From Pseudogymnoascus verrucosus (Eukaryota), in assembly GCA_001662655.1 (NCBI GenBank), contig KV460242.1: DNA of 64,000 nucleotides, one strand, 5' to 3'. Both the position numbers and the translations under genes were made by a program. Below, in pieces: positions 1 through 13,085 of the stretch (positions within the stretch are counted from its first letter, which is position 1; the number at the start of each line of letters is the position of its first letter). A model generated the notes under the pieces. That model searched no databases. It worked only from the letters and a program-made list of their open reading frames with translations, and had not been told where the DNA came from.

Positions 1-2959
1 CCTTGGCGTCACGTTGTGCCTTCGTCGTAAGATTTATCTTGACCTTCTTCATGCCGGCTGTCAAACTATCGATGTCTGCATCAGCTGAAGCAGCGGGGGC
101 ATTCGTTGGCTGTTGCGCAGAAGTTTGTCGCTGACGGGCCTCGGCAGCGGTATTGGAAGCAGATGCTCTAGGCTTGGTAGCAACAGATGCCCTTGAAGCG
201 GCACGGGCTGTCTTTGGCGCATCACGAGAACTAGCCGGAGCTCTGGTTTTCTTAACGGGTATGGAGGGGCCTCTCGAGCTTGCAGTCGTATTGGGCAGAA
301 TGCAACTTTGTGAGCTGCCTGGACGGATTGGAAGAGAGGGTTGAGATGCCACCCGAGCGCCACTCAACGCAGTTGCACTTGCTGGTTCCGTTGCAGCAGA
401 GCTGTTTGATATGAGACTAAGCCTCCTGCTCGACTGCTTGGTAGCCTGCTTATAGCTAGGTTCAGGCTTCGGAACGCTACGTGCAGCTGCCTTGTCGGTG
501 GCCAATACCGCAGCACCAGCAACGGTTCTCCTGCGGCTGGTTCGTGCCACAGCCTCCGCCTTTTTCTCCTCAGCCGCCTTATCGACTGGCTTGGGCGCCT
601 TTCGTTCTCTGAGGCTCATTCGAGTGCTTGGTGTTATGTCAGGGGTAGTGCCAGTGGATGTCGGGGGTGTGAGTAGAGACTGGCGGTCGCGCCTGACACG
701 TGTTGCCTCAGCTGACAGTTCATCAGGCTTGCAGCTCATCGTTTGTCTGTCTGTTGGTATAAGAAGTTTGCTCAATTCATGTGTTGCCGTAGCCCAGCCA
801 ACCTCAGGAGCAGGTGGAGAAGGAGGCCGGGTAGGAGGCCTCGGTGACCCGCCATTAAAATAATTGGAGGACGAGCGCCTTAGCTTCGGTGATTCTGCAA
901 TCTTTGCATTGGACGCCTGGGTTGGCGAGAAGTATGTTGGCGGAGAGCTGCTCTTGACTTTCTTTGGCTCCGGAGGTGGGGGAGGGTGGACAATCGAATC
1001 CAGCAGCTCTAGCTGTGATAATCCCCACCACGACGGGTCGTAGGCTAGCTTAACTTGATTATCCAGATCCTCAGTCTTCAGGCCCAATGCACCGGCGCGC
1101 TGGGCAATTTCAAATCCCAGACCAGATGGATCGACCGGTCTCTCAACCACATCGGGATCAGAGCCGGCAAGGCCACTGATATGGCTGAGAACGCCACTCG
1201 CCAATGCGCGGTTACTGTACCCACCCTCCAGTACACTTATAATGCGGCCATCGACCGAACAACCCTCCTCTCCTGCGATCCTCTTCACATCGCGCGTAAG
1301 ACGCGCATAGAATTCTGTTGGGACATTGACTTTATGGCGTTGCATACCAGAGCTTTCCCACTCGCTTGCATCGAAGCCAGCAGAGAGGAATATGGCAGCC
1401 TTGGGCTTCAGTGCTGACTGAGACTCGCGGATACGGTCTGTCTGCCCGCGCAGGTATAGCCTCGTCTTCTCCAGTAGAACCATGTACTTCGTCTCATAAA
1501 GGTGCCAGAATTCAGCCTCGCTCTTCCAGGGCTGGAGGTGAACATTCCAGATGTTTTGGCCATGCGCATTGTCAATGCAGATACTGGCATTTTTGACTTT
1601 CTCCTCATCGCCCATCTCACAAGGATAGGAGTTGATATCGTGAAGACTGAAGTACCCAATAGAGGTCTTCTTCCACGCCGCTGCATTCTTAGGTAAGGTT
1701 GTTGCACGAGAGTTGTGTGCCCATGCTATGGCCTGCGACCCGTCGCCATGGTGGAGATCAAAATCGATAATCGCGGCATGTGTGAGTCCATGGGTTAGCG
1801 CTGCATGAGCAATTCCAACATGTACGTTGTTCAACCAACAGAACCCTGATGGGTAACTGGCTGCACAGTGATGGCCTGGAGGTCGAATCACAACAAACGC
1901 TTGCTTGGGGCCCTTTCCATTTTGTGAACCATTGAAGACTGTATCCACTCCTTCGCAGACAGCTCCCAGAGCGCCTTCCATCGCGTTTAATGACTCGGCG
2001 CAAAGGTACAAATCGCCTTCGTGAAGTTGTTGAGGTTCCCCATCCGAGCCCCTATTCATCTGCGGTCTTGCCAATTCCTTCCCATTCATCGCCAATTTAG
2101 ACTCTGCCGCATTACACATAATCTTCAACTCCTCCATCCACTTCGTGCCATGTACGTTTGTGACCGCAGGAGACGAGAGATCGAGCTTGCGGCTGGTCTT
2201 CTGTATGCGAAAGGGTATACTGGGACTGTTCGATGGGTGCCGTCTTGGATGTGGCGCATAGCGGCCTTCTGCATGTCGTTCTCCCAGTCTCACGTATGCT
2301 GCACATACGCCCAATATGCTGGCATGTATGCGCTCCGGTCGTTCGACGATCGTACTGAGCCCCGCCCGTGTCGTACGTGGGCGCGAGTATCTATGTCCGT
2401 AGCAAGCATCGTGTAAAATAGCAATAGTATCCACCGGTCGCTGTTCGTCGCTCAAAGTATGAAGAGCGAGCTCTTTCGCAAAATATGTGGTCGCTATTGA
2501 CTCCGCAGTGACAGGAGGCTCCTCCGGGGTGTCGTCCAAGTTCGTATGGGGCGACTTCCCAAACAGATTCTGGCCATTGGCCCTATGCGCCGATGACGAT
2601 CTCCTGGAAGACGCTGGCGATGGTCGCGTCGGTGTAACCGCCCCCGCATTCTTGAGAGAGTTCATTGACGCTTTGCGCAACAGTGTTGGTGATGCGGAGC
2701 GTGTGTCAAGGCTCGCAGTACTTGGGCTCCTCCGCAATGGGCTTTGGTTGCGCCTCTCATTTGTTGATGGTGCCTTTGGGACGCTGGAATTCCTACGAGG
2801 TGACGAGATGCGAGGAGAAGGCGGAAGTGCTGTTGCAGATGCTGTGTTGAAAGAGAATTGTCTCATCGACTGAACAAGCGCATCCCCGTTACTGTTTGAG
2901 GCAGGTGGTAAAGGCGGCTCAGGCGCTCTGCCTGAGCTGGCTTGCTGTGAGCGATTCAT
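1..2959 (-). CDS. HOS3: Hos3-type histone deacetylase, 3' end beyond window
   Basis: Manual translation (not in ORF track, no stop in window): ATG 2959 MNRSQQASSG..., then AFVVIRPPGHHC...GFCWLNNVHVGI...IIDFDLHHGDG, SLHDINSYPCEMGDEEKVKNASICIDNAHGQNIWNVHL, LSAGFDASEWE, SVLEGGY, typical of fungal Hos3. Confidence 0.92.
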   Translation of the reverse strand, partial: MNRSQQASSGRAPEPPLPPASNSNGDALVQSMRQFSFNTASATALPPSPRISSPRRNSSVPKAPSTNERRNQSPLRRSPSTASLDTRSASPTLLRKASMNSLKNAGAVTPTRPSPASSRRSSSAHRANGQNLFGKSPHTNLDDTPEEPPVTAESIATTYFAKELALHTLSDEQRPVDTIAILHDACYGHRYSRPRTTRAGLSTIVERPERIHASILGVCAAYVRLGERHAEGRYAPHPRRHPSNSPSIPFRIQKTSRKLDLSSPAVTNVHGTKWMEELKIMCNAAESKLAMNGKELARPQMNRGSDGEPQQLHEGDLYLCAESLNAMEGALGAVCEGVDTVFNGSQNGKGPKQAFVVIRPPGHHCAASYPSGFCWLNNVHVGIAHAALTHGLTHAAIIDFDLHHGDGSQAIAWAHNSRATTLPKNAAAWKKTSIGYFSLHDINSYPCEMGDEEKVKNASICIDNAHGQNIWNVHLQPWKSEAEFWHLYETKYMVLLEKTRLYLRGQTDRIRESQSALKPKAAIFLSAGFDASEWESSGMQRHKVNVPTEFYARLTRDVKRIAGEEGCSVDGRIISVLEGGYSNRALASGVLSHISGLAGSDPDVVERPVDPSGLGFEIAQRAGALGLKTEDLDNQVKLAYDPSWWGLSQLELLDSIVHPPPPPEPKKVKSSSPPTYFSPTQASNAKIAESPKLRRSSSNYFNGGSPRPPTRPPSPPAPEVGWATATHELSKLLIPTDRQTMSCKPDELSAEATRVRRDRQSLLTPPTSTGTTPDITPSTRMSLRERKAPKPVDKAAEEKKAEAVARTSRRRTVAGAAVLATDKAAARSVPKPEPSYKQATKQSSRRLSLISNSSAATEPASATALSGARVASQPSLPIRPGSSQSCILPNTTASSRGPSIPVKKTRAPASSRDAPKTARAASRASVATKPRASASNTAAEARQRQTSAQQPTNAPAASADADIDSLTAGMKKVKINLTTKAQRDAK

Positions 2960-3329
2960 GGCTCGGGAGCAAGCAGTGTTCCCTCGGGACACTTCTGGAA
3001 CGAAGCTGGTAGTACACAGAATTTCGTGGTGTTTTGTTGTTGTATTAACCTATGACGATGGTTTTGACATGTTGACCCCGGATTTATGCATATGCAAGGG
3101 TGGCTGCCGCGTTTATACGCGTCGCGACCGATGTTTACCCCTTTAAATAAAAATGTGCCAATGAGGATGGATGGATGAACCACAAGGAAGCAAACAACCA
3201 CAGCACCAAATTAAAAATTAAATAGACAGGAAGGCATCCTCATACATAGTACCTGGGTATATACTTCATTGCTCATCTATGCAAGATTCTATCTATATAC
3301 AGCACGAACTCTACGTCGCGATCACATAT

Positions 3330-5102
3330 TTACATGCTATCCTCCCTCCATTTACTTCTAACCCTCTGCCAACTGTCCTTCTCATCCTTCCCACCCTTCT
3401 CCTCCAAGCCCATACCTCTCTCCACCCAGTCTTGGCTCCCCATCTCGCTCAATCTACTCAGAGCTCTCGCGAAAGCAAATCTCTCTTCGTCTCCAGAGAA
3501 TATGTTCGAGTTCTTCATCATATCCATACTCATTCCCAAATCATCCATCAAGTTGCGATAGACGTCATCGATCGCTGCCTCACCGCTTGGAGTGGCATTA
3601 CTATCATCACCCTTCGTCAGAGTCTCCTTAACTTCTTCCTTGGACATGAATAGTTGCGCTAGCGGAACGGCTGTGGTGAGCACAAGCTTGGCGCGAGACT
3701 CGTAAAGAGCATCGATAAATGTGATAAACCGCCGAGCCAAGTCGCGAGACTTGTGGTTCATGCCCGGGACCTCAGTAATGATGAAAGCATCGTAATGTTG
3801 CGCCAGCTCAATATAATCAGCGGCACTCTTTGGGCGGCCAATGAGCTCGTCAAAGGTGAACATGCAAGCGCGTCCGCTGACTCTCGGGACCTGAATGTCG
3901 CGGCCCCAGACATGCTGTATCTCCGAGTGTGGCTCATCCGTGGGGCTTCCAAGGAATCTGAACCATTTGTCGGCGTGCGATTGCGCGTGCGCATCGAGAG
4001 GCGAGTGGTACACGCCGGACGGGGGACGAGGAATTTTGCGGTAATCGGTGGGCGAGTCGAGGTTAATGACATGGAGGCGGTCCTTCAGGAGACGGATACA
4101 CGGAATAAACGATTCACGCTGAATTCCGTTCTTGTAAAGCTCGTCAGGGTGACGATTAGATGTGGTTACCAGCACGACGCCATGTGCCATAAGAGATTCG
4201 AGCAGCCTATTCCGTTAGCCCAACTCGTTACAACAGAGGTTCTATGCTCACCTCCTCAGAATCATAGCATCGGCCACATCAGTGCACTGGAATTCATCAA
4301 AGCACAGAACATTGCCTTTCTCAGCAATGTCCGCAGCGATAAATGGAATCCCATCAATATCATTCCCATGGGTCATCTTCATGACATGGAGCCTCTTATG
4401 AACATCCTGCATGAAGTTGTGAAAGTGAATCCGCGTCTTCGAGGCCACGCCCATTGGGAGGGTATCATAAAATAGATCCATCAGCATGGTCTTCCCGCTG
4501 CCGACGTCGCCGTACAGGTATAGTCCGCGCGGGAGGTCGGGTGTGATCTCTTGCTTCGGCTTCTCCTCCTCTTTCTTGCCAAACATGCGAGTAAACATTC
4601 CTTTCGGCGGCGGGGGTTGCAGAGACTCGATAGTTGGGTGGATAACCGGCGGCGCTTTATAATTCCTCAGTTCGTCATGGAGATGCTGTAAACTTTGGAT
4701 AATTCCCCTTTGGTGGTCGTCGTCTCGTAACCTTCCGGCCTGTACTCGGTCGTCGTATTCTGCTAAGGGCCCGTGGTCTTCTGGGTTCGGGTCTATAGGG
4801 AATTAGTATTATTTTCTTAGTTTGCAATGGAATAAAAGCATACCAGGGTTAGAGGATAAGCTTCTCCTCTGGCCCCCGATGAAGACTGCAGGCCGTATCT
4901 GGCGGATGCCCCTCGCCCGCGATGCGACAATCCGGGGAGAACCAACATGGTTAAACCTGCGGGCTTGTTGTCCACATTGCAAACATGCAGAAGCAGCTCC
5001 TAGCCGGCGAGCAACTGGAGTTCTTGGTACGTTTAAAGCCCCGCGATGCGCAAGGGAAAGCTGTGCAGCCGCGAGGCTACCACAAGAACGGACTCTTGTC
5101 AT
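3330..5102 (-). CDS. AFG1: AFG1/LACE1 mitochondrial ATPase, 3 exons
   Basis: Walker [22 protein letters not shown], Walker [42 protein letters not shown] introns near 4843-4794 and 4251-4208; Arg-rich N-terminus. Confidence 0.93.
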
Positions 5103-5329
5103 GCCGACTTCAGGGTCTCCTGGAAGCGAATAATAATAAACGAAGGGGGGGGAACAATTCTAAATCTATAACCGCATAATCCAGAATATAACGCGCTAGA
5201 AATCGCAGAAAATAGGCCGTAAGTACAGGTAGAATCCAAGCAGCGGCGTGAATCGGTGTAAACTTGACGATATCCCGGGCCACGGCGTTAAGCATTGCCG
5301 AGGAGGAGTAAAATCGCAGCGATTTTTAA

Positions 5330-5440
5330 CTATTCATCACGTGATGTGAGACCCTCCAAAAAGCTCTTATCGATAAGATTTCTTAGCGCAAAAAGATTCG
5401 AGGCAGCGGAAGAATATTTGGAAAATGGAGATGAGCCTCG
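5330..5440. promoter_or_regulatory. Bidirectional AFG1/BMS1 promoter with palindromic and PAC-like motifs
   Basis: CATCACGTGATG 5335-5346, TCTTATCGATAAGA 5365-5378, GAGATGAGC 5428-5436 in a 367 bp head-to-head gap. Confidence 0.5.
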
Positions 5441-5469
5441 CAGGGTGTTTCTGAGTCTGTTGCGCAACC

Positions 5470-8400
5470 ATGGAGGACCAAACGAATAGGCCTCATAGGC
5501 CGCAAAAAGAGAAGAAGAAGCATACTGGAGGTGAGTTACTGTTCTTTTTTAACAATTATTATGTATTGACGCATTATCAGATCGCAATCCAAAGGCTTTT
5601 GCTTTTGCGAACCCAGGCCGTCTTGCGAAGACGTCTGCGCGCTCCTCAGATGTAAGTATAAAGCCAACAATTGATTGATCTATTATTATATCTAGATTCT
5701 AATTGTGCGCCAGGTGAAAGAAAGAAGACTCCATGTACCATTAGTGGACCGCATCCCAGATGAGCCGCCGCCACGCCTTGTCGCCATCGTTGGACCACCC
5801 GGTGTAGGAAAGACGACCCTTCTCAAGTCGCTGGTTAAGAGATATGCGAAGGAAACTCTATCGGAACCACAGGGACCAATTACCGTGATCACGTCGAAGC
5901 GCCAGCGCCTTACATTCGTAGAATGTCCCAACGAGCTGGAAGCCATGGTGGACATGTCGAAGGTGGCGGACATTGTCCTGCTTATGATCGACGGAAACTT
6001 CGGATTCGAGATGGAGACTATGGAGTTTTTGAACATCCTGTCCGCTAGCGGTATGCCCGGAAACGTCTTCGGTATTCTCACGCATTTGGATATGTTCAAG
6101 AAGCCGCAGACATTGAAGGATGCGAAGAAGCGCCTTAAGAACCGATTCTGGAGCGAGCTTTACCAGGGAGCACATCTATTCTACCTCTCTGGTGTCATCA
6201 ATGGTCGCTATCCCGACCGCGAGATCCACAACCTTTCCAGATTCCTTTCCGTTATGAAGAACCCCCGACCTTTGATCTGGAGAAACGCGCATCCCTACAC
6301 CGTCATCGACAGCTTCCGCGACATTACCCATCCAACGAAGATTGAGGAGGACGAAAAGTGCGACAGGACTGTCGTTCTATCCGGCTACCTTCGAGGCACG
6401 AATTTCGCAGCACAGGGGCAACGAGTACACATTCCAGGACTGGGTGACTACACAGTTTCGTCTATGGAATCGCTTCCAGATCCATGCCCGACTCCATATA
6501 TGGACCAGGCATTGGCAAAGGTTACTGGGAAGACTGGAAGGAGACGTCTAGATGAGAAGGAGAAGAGACTACATGCGCCGATGTCTGATAAGAGTGGCTT
6601 AAAAATCGAGGGAGACACTATCTGGATTACGCGCGAGAAGGGCTTCAATTTCGACAAAGACGATGAGGATACAGAGCGCGGTCAAGGAGAGGGACTGATC
6701 GTCGGCCTGCAAGGAGAGCGCAAGCTTCTCGGACAGACTGACGATGGTGTCCGCCTTTTCAGCAACGGAGAATCGATCAAGAACGTTGAGGAAGAGGATA
6801 CCGGGCGGAAACAGCCAAGAAAGGCTCGTTTCGTCGACAGAGAAGGCGATTCGGATGCCGAGGACGGCGCTGAGGAAGACTTTGAAAGTGGGGACGAAGA
6901 GCTTGACCCCGAGGACGAAGCCGAGATCAGCGAGGAGAGACTCGGCAAGGCGTTCAGGAAGGAGAAGGAGGATAAGGCTGGTGGAGACATCGCCTTTGCC
7001 GACAGCGATTCCGATATGGGATCTCTCCTTACTGGAGGCGAAAGCGATGAGGACGACGAGTATGATTCCGAGGAGGAGGGCGCACAGTGGAAGAAGAACA
7101 TGCTTGCGAATGCGAAGAAGATGCATGGCCAGAAGCGATCGTACAGAACTGCTGATTTGGCGCGTTTGATGTACGATGAGTCGCTCACCCCGACTGAGGT
7201 GCTGAACCGCTGGAGAGGCGAGATTGAGGAGGAGAATATCGAGGATGACTCTGATGATGATGATTTCATTAAGAAGACTTCTCCTGGGAAGGATGGTGGA
7301 CTCGCTGAGGATCGGATGGTTCCTTTGTTCGATTACGAGCAGCTAGAGGAGAAGTGGTCTGTTGCAGACAACATCGACGCGCTGAGGAGGAGATTTGCCA
7401 CCGCGGATTTACTCAAGGATAAGAAGGGCGGCGGCTCCGACGATGACAGTGACGAAGATGGAGATGAGGAGGATTCAGATGATGAGGGTGATGGAGAGTT
7501 CGAAGATCTCGAGGCAGACAACGAGGAAGAGGGAGACAAGGAAGACGATGAACCGAACGACATCGAAGCCGAGCGAGAAAAGAATGCCCGACGGAAAGAG
7601 GAGTTAAAACTCCGGTTCGAGGAGGAAGATCGAGAGGGCTTCAACAACGACAAAGCCATCGCCCGGAGAGAAGGCGGCGAGGAAGAAGAGTTTGGCGAGG
7701 ACGACTGGTACGATGCTCAGAAAGCCGTCATCCAGAAGCAACTCAACATCAACAAATCCGAGTTCGAGAGTCTGGACGACCGCTCCCGCGTCAACGTCGA
7801 AGGCTTCCGCGCCGGCCAATACGCCAAGATGGTCATTGAGGGCGTTCCCTCGGAGTTCGTGACTCGCTTCGAGCCGCGCATGCCCATCATCGTGGGTGGT
7901 ATCAACGCGACCGAGGACCGCTTCGGGTTCGTGCAGGTGCGCATCAAGCGTCACAGATGGCACAAGAAGATCCTCAAGACCAACGATCCGCTGATCTTCT
8001 CGCTCGGGTGGAGGCGCTTCCAAACGCTGCCTGTGTACTCGATCTCCGACTCGCGGATCCGTAACCGTATGCTCAAGTACACGCCAGAGCATATGCATTG
8101 TTTCGGCACGTTCTATGGGCCGCTGATTGCGCCTAACACTGGCTTCTCGTGCTTCCAGTCGTTTAGTGCTAAGACGCCTGGGTTCAGGATCGCGGCGACA
8201 GGCACAGTGCTGAATGTGGATGAGTCGACGGAGATTGTCAAGAAGCTCAAGCTGACGGGTGTGCCGTACAAGATCTTCAAGAACACCTCGTTCATCAAGG
8301 ACATGTTCAGCACGTCTCTCGAGATCGCCAAGTTCGAGGGCGCGTCCATCAAGACCGTGTCAGGAGTACGTGGACAGATCAAGCGCGCGCTCGCCAAGCC

Positions 8401-8992
8401 CGAGGGTCACTTCCGTGCTACGTTCGAGGATAAGATCCTAATGTCCGACATTGTCTTCCTGCGCGCCTGGTTCCCCGTGCGACCTCACCGCTTCTACAAC
8501 CCCGTGACGAACCTGCTCGGATGGGCGCCTATGCGTCTGACAGGCCAAGTACGACGCGACGAGGCGCTCCCGACACCACAGCAGAAGAACAGCCAGTACA
8601 AGCCCGTCGAGCGCGTAGCGCGCGTCTTCAACCCTCTGCGTGTGCCGCGCCAGCTTGCGGCCGAACTGCCGTTCAAGAGCCAGATCACGCGGATGAAGAA
8701 GGGGAAGGAGGAGACGTATATGCAGAAGCGTGCTGTGGTTGTGGGTGGGGAGGAGAAGAAGGCGAGGAATCTGATGCAGCAGCTTCTGACGCTGCGGAAG
8801 GAAAAGGTGGCGAAGAGGAGGGTGGCGAATGAGAAGAAGCGTGTTGAGTACAGGAAGAAGGTTGCAGAGAATGAGGAGAAGAGGGGGGAGAGGGAGAAGA
8901 GGGAGAAGCAGGAGTATTGGAAGAGGGAGGGGAAGAAGAGGAAGGGTGGGGACGAAGGGGGAGGGGGGAAGAGGGGCAAGTACGGAAAATAG
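5470..8992 (+). CDS. BMS1: Ribosome biogenesis GTPase Bms1 (exons 5470-5530, 5581-5651, 5696-8992)
   Basis: GPPGVGKTTL P-loop, LMIDGNFGFEMET, RIKRHRWHKKILKTNDPLIFSLGWRRFQT, RMLKYTPEHMHC; two canonical 5' introns. Confidence 0.97.
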
Positions 8993-9076
8993 ATGGGGGG
9001 GGTTGGTGGGGGAGTTGTAAATATAAATACGGGATTAAAATGGAATCGAGTATGGAATATCAAAGTGATGGCCTTC

Positions 9077-9136
9077 TATTCCCAGATGATGGTAATCCCA
9101 GATGATGGTATTCCCAGATGATGGTATTCCCAGATG
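9077..9136 (+). repeat. 16 bp tandem repeat (TATTCCCAGATGATGG, ~3.7 copies) in BMS1 3' flank
   Basis: Directly visible. Confidence 0.85.
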
Positions 9137-9691
9137 CACATCGTCGTATGCCAAGAGTTTGCTTGGTTTGCTTGTTTGCTTGTTTGACCTGCTGATGATG
9201 TGATATAGTGTATGGTATAGCCTATGGATTAATATGGAGTCGGATGGAGTTAGATGGAGTATGTGACAGATGAGGCTGGTGATTGACCGTGTTGATTGGA
9301 CTGATAGTGTTGTTCCCCTATCCTATAATATGGCGCGAAGGCGATGACGATGACGCATGTTGGTATCCGTCCAGGGTCTCCACACGCACCAACCAACAAT
9401 CAACAATCAAGGCCAAGTTACTTTAGTTAAAGTGGTTTGAGAGGCGAGGCCGCGACATCGCGATACGTACTATACTAACTGTAGTAGACTGTACTATGCG
9501 ATATCCAGCTTCTTGTTTGGGCTTACTCATTCCTCTATCGTCCTACTGTCCCTGGTAGTATATATCTCCCAACCTCACCCTCTTCGTCTCTTTCATTCCT
9601 CCATTCCATCTAGTCTCTGATCATAATTACACCTTTAAGACACAGAACAGAACATATCTACACTTCAAACACTACCGTCTCATCAATCATC

Positions 9692-10115
9692 ATGCCTGGA
9701 TATATCGTGAGGCCCCACCATCGACCCCTCCATGCCTTGCACTCAACTAACCCCTCCGCTCTCAGGTTACCCTCAAGTCCGACTCCACCGACGAGCAAGT
9801 CGCTGCGTACGTCTCTCTCACCCGATAATTAGAAACAACACCCCATAGAACAGCATCTAACAAACCCTTTAGCGCAAAGCAGGACGCCGTCAAGCAGGGT
9901 GGAAAGATCGGACACGAGTACAACTCGGTGTTCAAGGGCTTCTCGTGAGTTCCCCTCGTGGATTTCTTACCTGGTTTCTAGGAAGCTGGTCGCTGGGACA
10001 AGGGCTAATGATGATGGTTTGCAGGGTCACATTCGACGAGGGCACCGTACACACTCTGGATGCCAATGAGCATGTCGAGGCCGTCGAGGCGGACGGAGAG
10101 GTGAAGACCCAGTAG
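9692..10115 (+). CDS. Peptidase inhibitor I9 (subtilisin-propeptide-like, PBI2/POIA type), 72 aa, exons 9692-9706, 9766-9806, 9873-9944, 10025-10115
   Basis: Three GT-AG introns with branch sites splice to MPGYIVTLKSDSTDEQVAAAKQDAVKQGGKIGHEYNSVFKGFSVTFDEGTVHTLDANEHVEAVEADGEVKTQ*; YIV..K, GGKI.HEY...KGFS and VEADGEV are I9 hallmarks. Confidence 0.9.
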
Positions 10116-10743
10116 AGGAATAATGGTATACGCGCATAGCATACGGGTTATGGTTGAGCGTCAATGATTCGGCGTGGGGGATAAGGGATAAACCATGAAT
10201 TACTTCTCTTGCTTCACAACTGATGCCGTGAATGTGTATATGAGACATGAACTGGCATAACTGTAACTGTGAGACGTGGTGGTATTGCCTAATCGAGACG
10301 CCGTTTGCTTCATCACAGCACAGCACAGCACGCACGGCTCATCACATGCAAGACATACGACACGATAATGCACCGTGCTGACTCTCTGCACTGTACTGTA
10401 TAAGGCGTGTTGATATTCCCTTGCATAATACCTGTTTATATTCGTTATTACGTTCATCCCCACGCCTTAATCCTCTCTGCTTCCTTTTTATTTATTCCTT
10501 ATTTGCTTCTTCATCCTCTATATAAACACCCGTTTACCCCGCAATTACATCTCGTGCCTTGTCACACGTCAGCGTCAGACATCCTCCCTTATCGCCCCGA
10601 TAACTACCCGCCAGCCGACAAAGCGAGGTCGGACCTTCCACTGACTCTACCATAGCTGCCCTCGTCATAATCTCTCCAATCTTCTCCGATTTCAACATCT
10701 CCAACTCCCAAGCATCGTCAATGCTTACGATGAAGAAGATACC

Positions 10744-12081
10744 ATGAAAGCTTCAACGCGGCTTTTGCAGACTGCAAGGCACTTTACGAAACACCATGGC
10801 CCGCGGGTCCGTCTCCCAGGCTTCCCAGTCACGGCCGACGACCCCATCACGAGCCTCGCCAGCAAGCCGTTACATAGCTTCAGTCTAGCAGATCTAGTCA
10901 GGTACAGCTTCCATAACTTCTACATGCCCCTCGACGTACCTCAATTCCCCTTTTACCTACGATACTAACATGCAACCAGGCACGGCCGTCCTCCCCTCTC
11001 CACCGAAGCCCTCCTCGCCTCCGCCAACTTTACCCTCTCCCTCCTCCCCATCCGCCTCGCGCACCGCATCCAAGCCCTCCGCAACCTCCCCTACATCGTC
11101 GTCTCCAACCCCAACATCTCGCGCATTTACGCAAACTACCAGCACTCCCTCTCCACGCTCCTCCCTTACACAAACACGCACATCTCCTCCCTTGCCGAGG
11201 AAGTGAAATTCACGGCTGTCCTCGCGGACCTCGTCGATACCCACCGCGACACCATTCCCACCCTCGCGCGCGGATTCCTCGAATGTCGCCGGTATATTAG
11301 TCCGGGCGACGTAACCCGCTTTCTGGACGAGCATCTGAAAACCCGCATCGGCACGCGACTCGTTGCTGAGCAGCACATCGCGCTTCACCATTCGTCGCAG
11401 GCGCATGCAGGACCGCCAGGGCCAGAGAGCTACATCGGCGTGATCGACACAGAGCTGAAACCCGCGTCGATAATTAATGCGTGCGGGCACTTTGTGTCTG
11501 AGATCTGCGAGCTTAAGTACGGCGTGCGTCCGACGTGGATTATCGACGGGGATCCGGAAACGAAGTTCGCGTACGTGCCTGTGCATCTCGAGTACATCGT
11601 CACCGAGCTCCTCAAGAATGCGTTCCGCGCCACCGTCGAGTCAGGTAACTCAGCGCGCCCGATCATAATCACCATCGCTGCCGAGCCGCCGGATGACGAT
11701 GACGCCACGGACACCATGCTCGATAACCGGCTTGCGGCGCTGCCGCTCGCGGCGGGTCCGCCGGGCGTGACGATCAGGATCCGTGATGAGGGCGGGGGAA
11801 TTAGCCCCGCTGTTATGCCGAGCGTGTGGTCCTATAGCTTTACGACGTTTGAGGATGGCGATGATATTCCCGCTGGGGCGACGGGGACGGAGAGTGGGAT
11901 GGATGCGCTGAATGCGATTGCGGCGGGGGGAGGGGTGAATAGCAGCATTGCTGGGCTGGGGTATGGATTGCCGCTTAGTAGGACTTATGCGGAGTATTTT
12001 GGGGGTGGGATTGCGGTGCAGAGCTTGTATGGGTGGGGATGTGATGTTTATCTGAGGCTTAAGGGTATTGGAAAGTTATAG
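10744..12081 (+). CDS. Mitochondrial pyruvate/branched-chain alpha-ketoacid dehydrogenase kinase (exons 10744-10901, 10980-12081)
   Basis: [69 protein letters not shown] (BCDHK + HATPase_c). Confidence 0.93.
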
Positions 12082-12272
12082 GTTCGGTGCATGGCGGAGT
12101 TAGCATGAGTTATCCGCATGGCGTTTTGGACATTAGGTTACTATAGCGGTTGAATAGGGGGGAGGGAGGCTAGGAACCAAATTGTATATAACAGTGTCTA
12201 TAGATGACATACGTGCTTATAGCAGCTATAACACAACTAAGGGGTTTTAATAACTAGCAGACTTAAATAGTA

Positions 12273-13085
12273 ACGTAATTCACAAACGAGTCGCCTACTA
12301 AAACACTAAAATGTGTTAACTTAACAAAAGTTAACATACTATAACTAATAGAAGCCTAGTGTTGCCTAAGTACTACTTAGAGTACTACTTAGAGATCTTT
12401 AAGTAGAGTACTGTTTTTTAGGCTTAAGTAGAGTAGTACTTAAGTTATTTAGCTTTAGCTATATAGAGTAAGAGTAGAATATACTATTATAGTAGGTGTA
12501 CTAGTCCTATTAAATCTCTAACATAGGGGCACTTAATTTAGATTCTAAATAGGGAGCTCTAATTACTATAGTACCTTTATTCTAAGGGAATTAAACCCTC
12601 TAGGCTCCTAGCCTATAGGCCTAGGGATAACATAAGAATAATAAGTATAATAGACTATAACTCTATATATTACTTTATATAAGAATATACTCCCTAATTT
12701 ACTATAGGACCTCTAATAACTTAGTTTTATAGCTATATAAACTATTCTAATAACCTAACTAGTCATCTACAAGTAGGACTGTGTTTGTAACACAGGGCGT
12801 GCTGACGACGTCCTACCTTCACCTCATTAGCTTTTAGAATATTTATGTTAGTGGGGGGTTTTAGCATATGTCTAAGTACTCTATTTGGATTGAACGGGAT
12901 TAAACCACTTATAGCGAAGCCTGCCTTGATATTCTTCAGCGTGAACGCTCTTACCCTTGCTGGGCTGTAGAGAGAAATGAAATGCTGCTTGTCGATTGTA
13001 TTCACGCCTCCTTGCTCCTGTCGATCAACCTGTTCGCGATAGGCGTCCTTTAGCGGGGCAAACACTGCACCGTCACAGGGCTGGT
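12273..13085 (-). mobile_element. Truncated RIP-degraded Fot1/pogo transposon (3' part of DDE transposase plus terminal repeat)
   Basis: QPCDGAVFAPLKDAY...FISLYSPARVRAFTLKNIKAGFAISGLIPFNPNRVL; TA|ACGTAATTCACAAACGAG terminus at 12273; TpA-rich. Confidence 0.75.

Noticed and set aside
61..2873. Many short ORFs in the track on both strands
   Set aside because: Shadows of the long minus-strand HOS3 frame, which the track omits.
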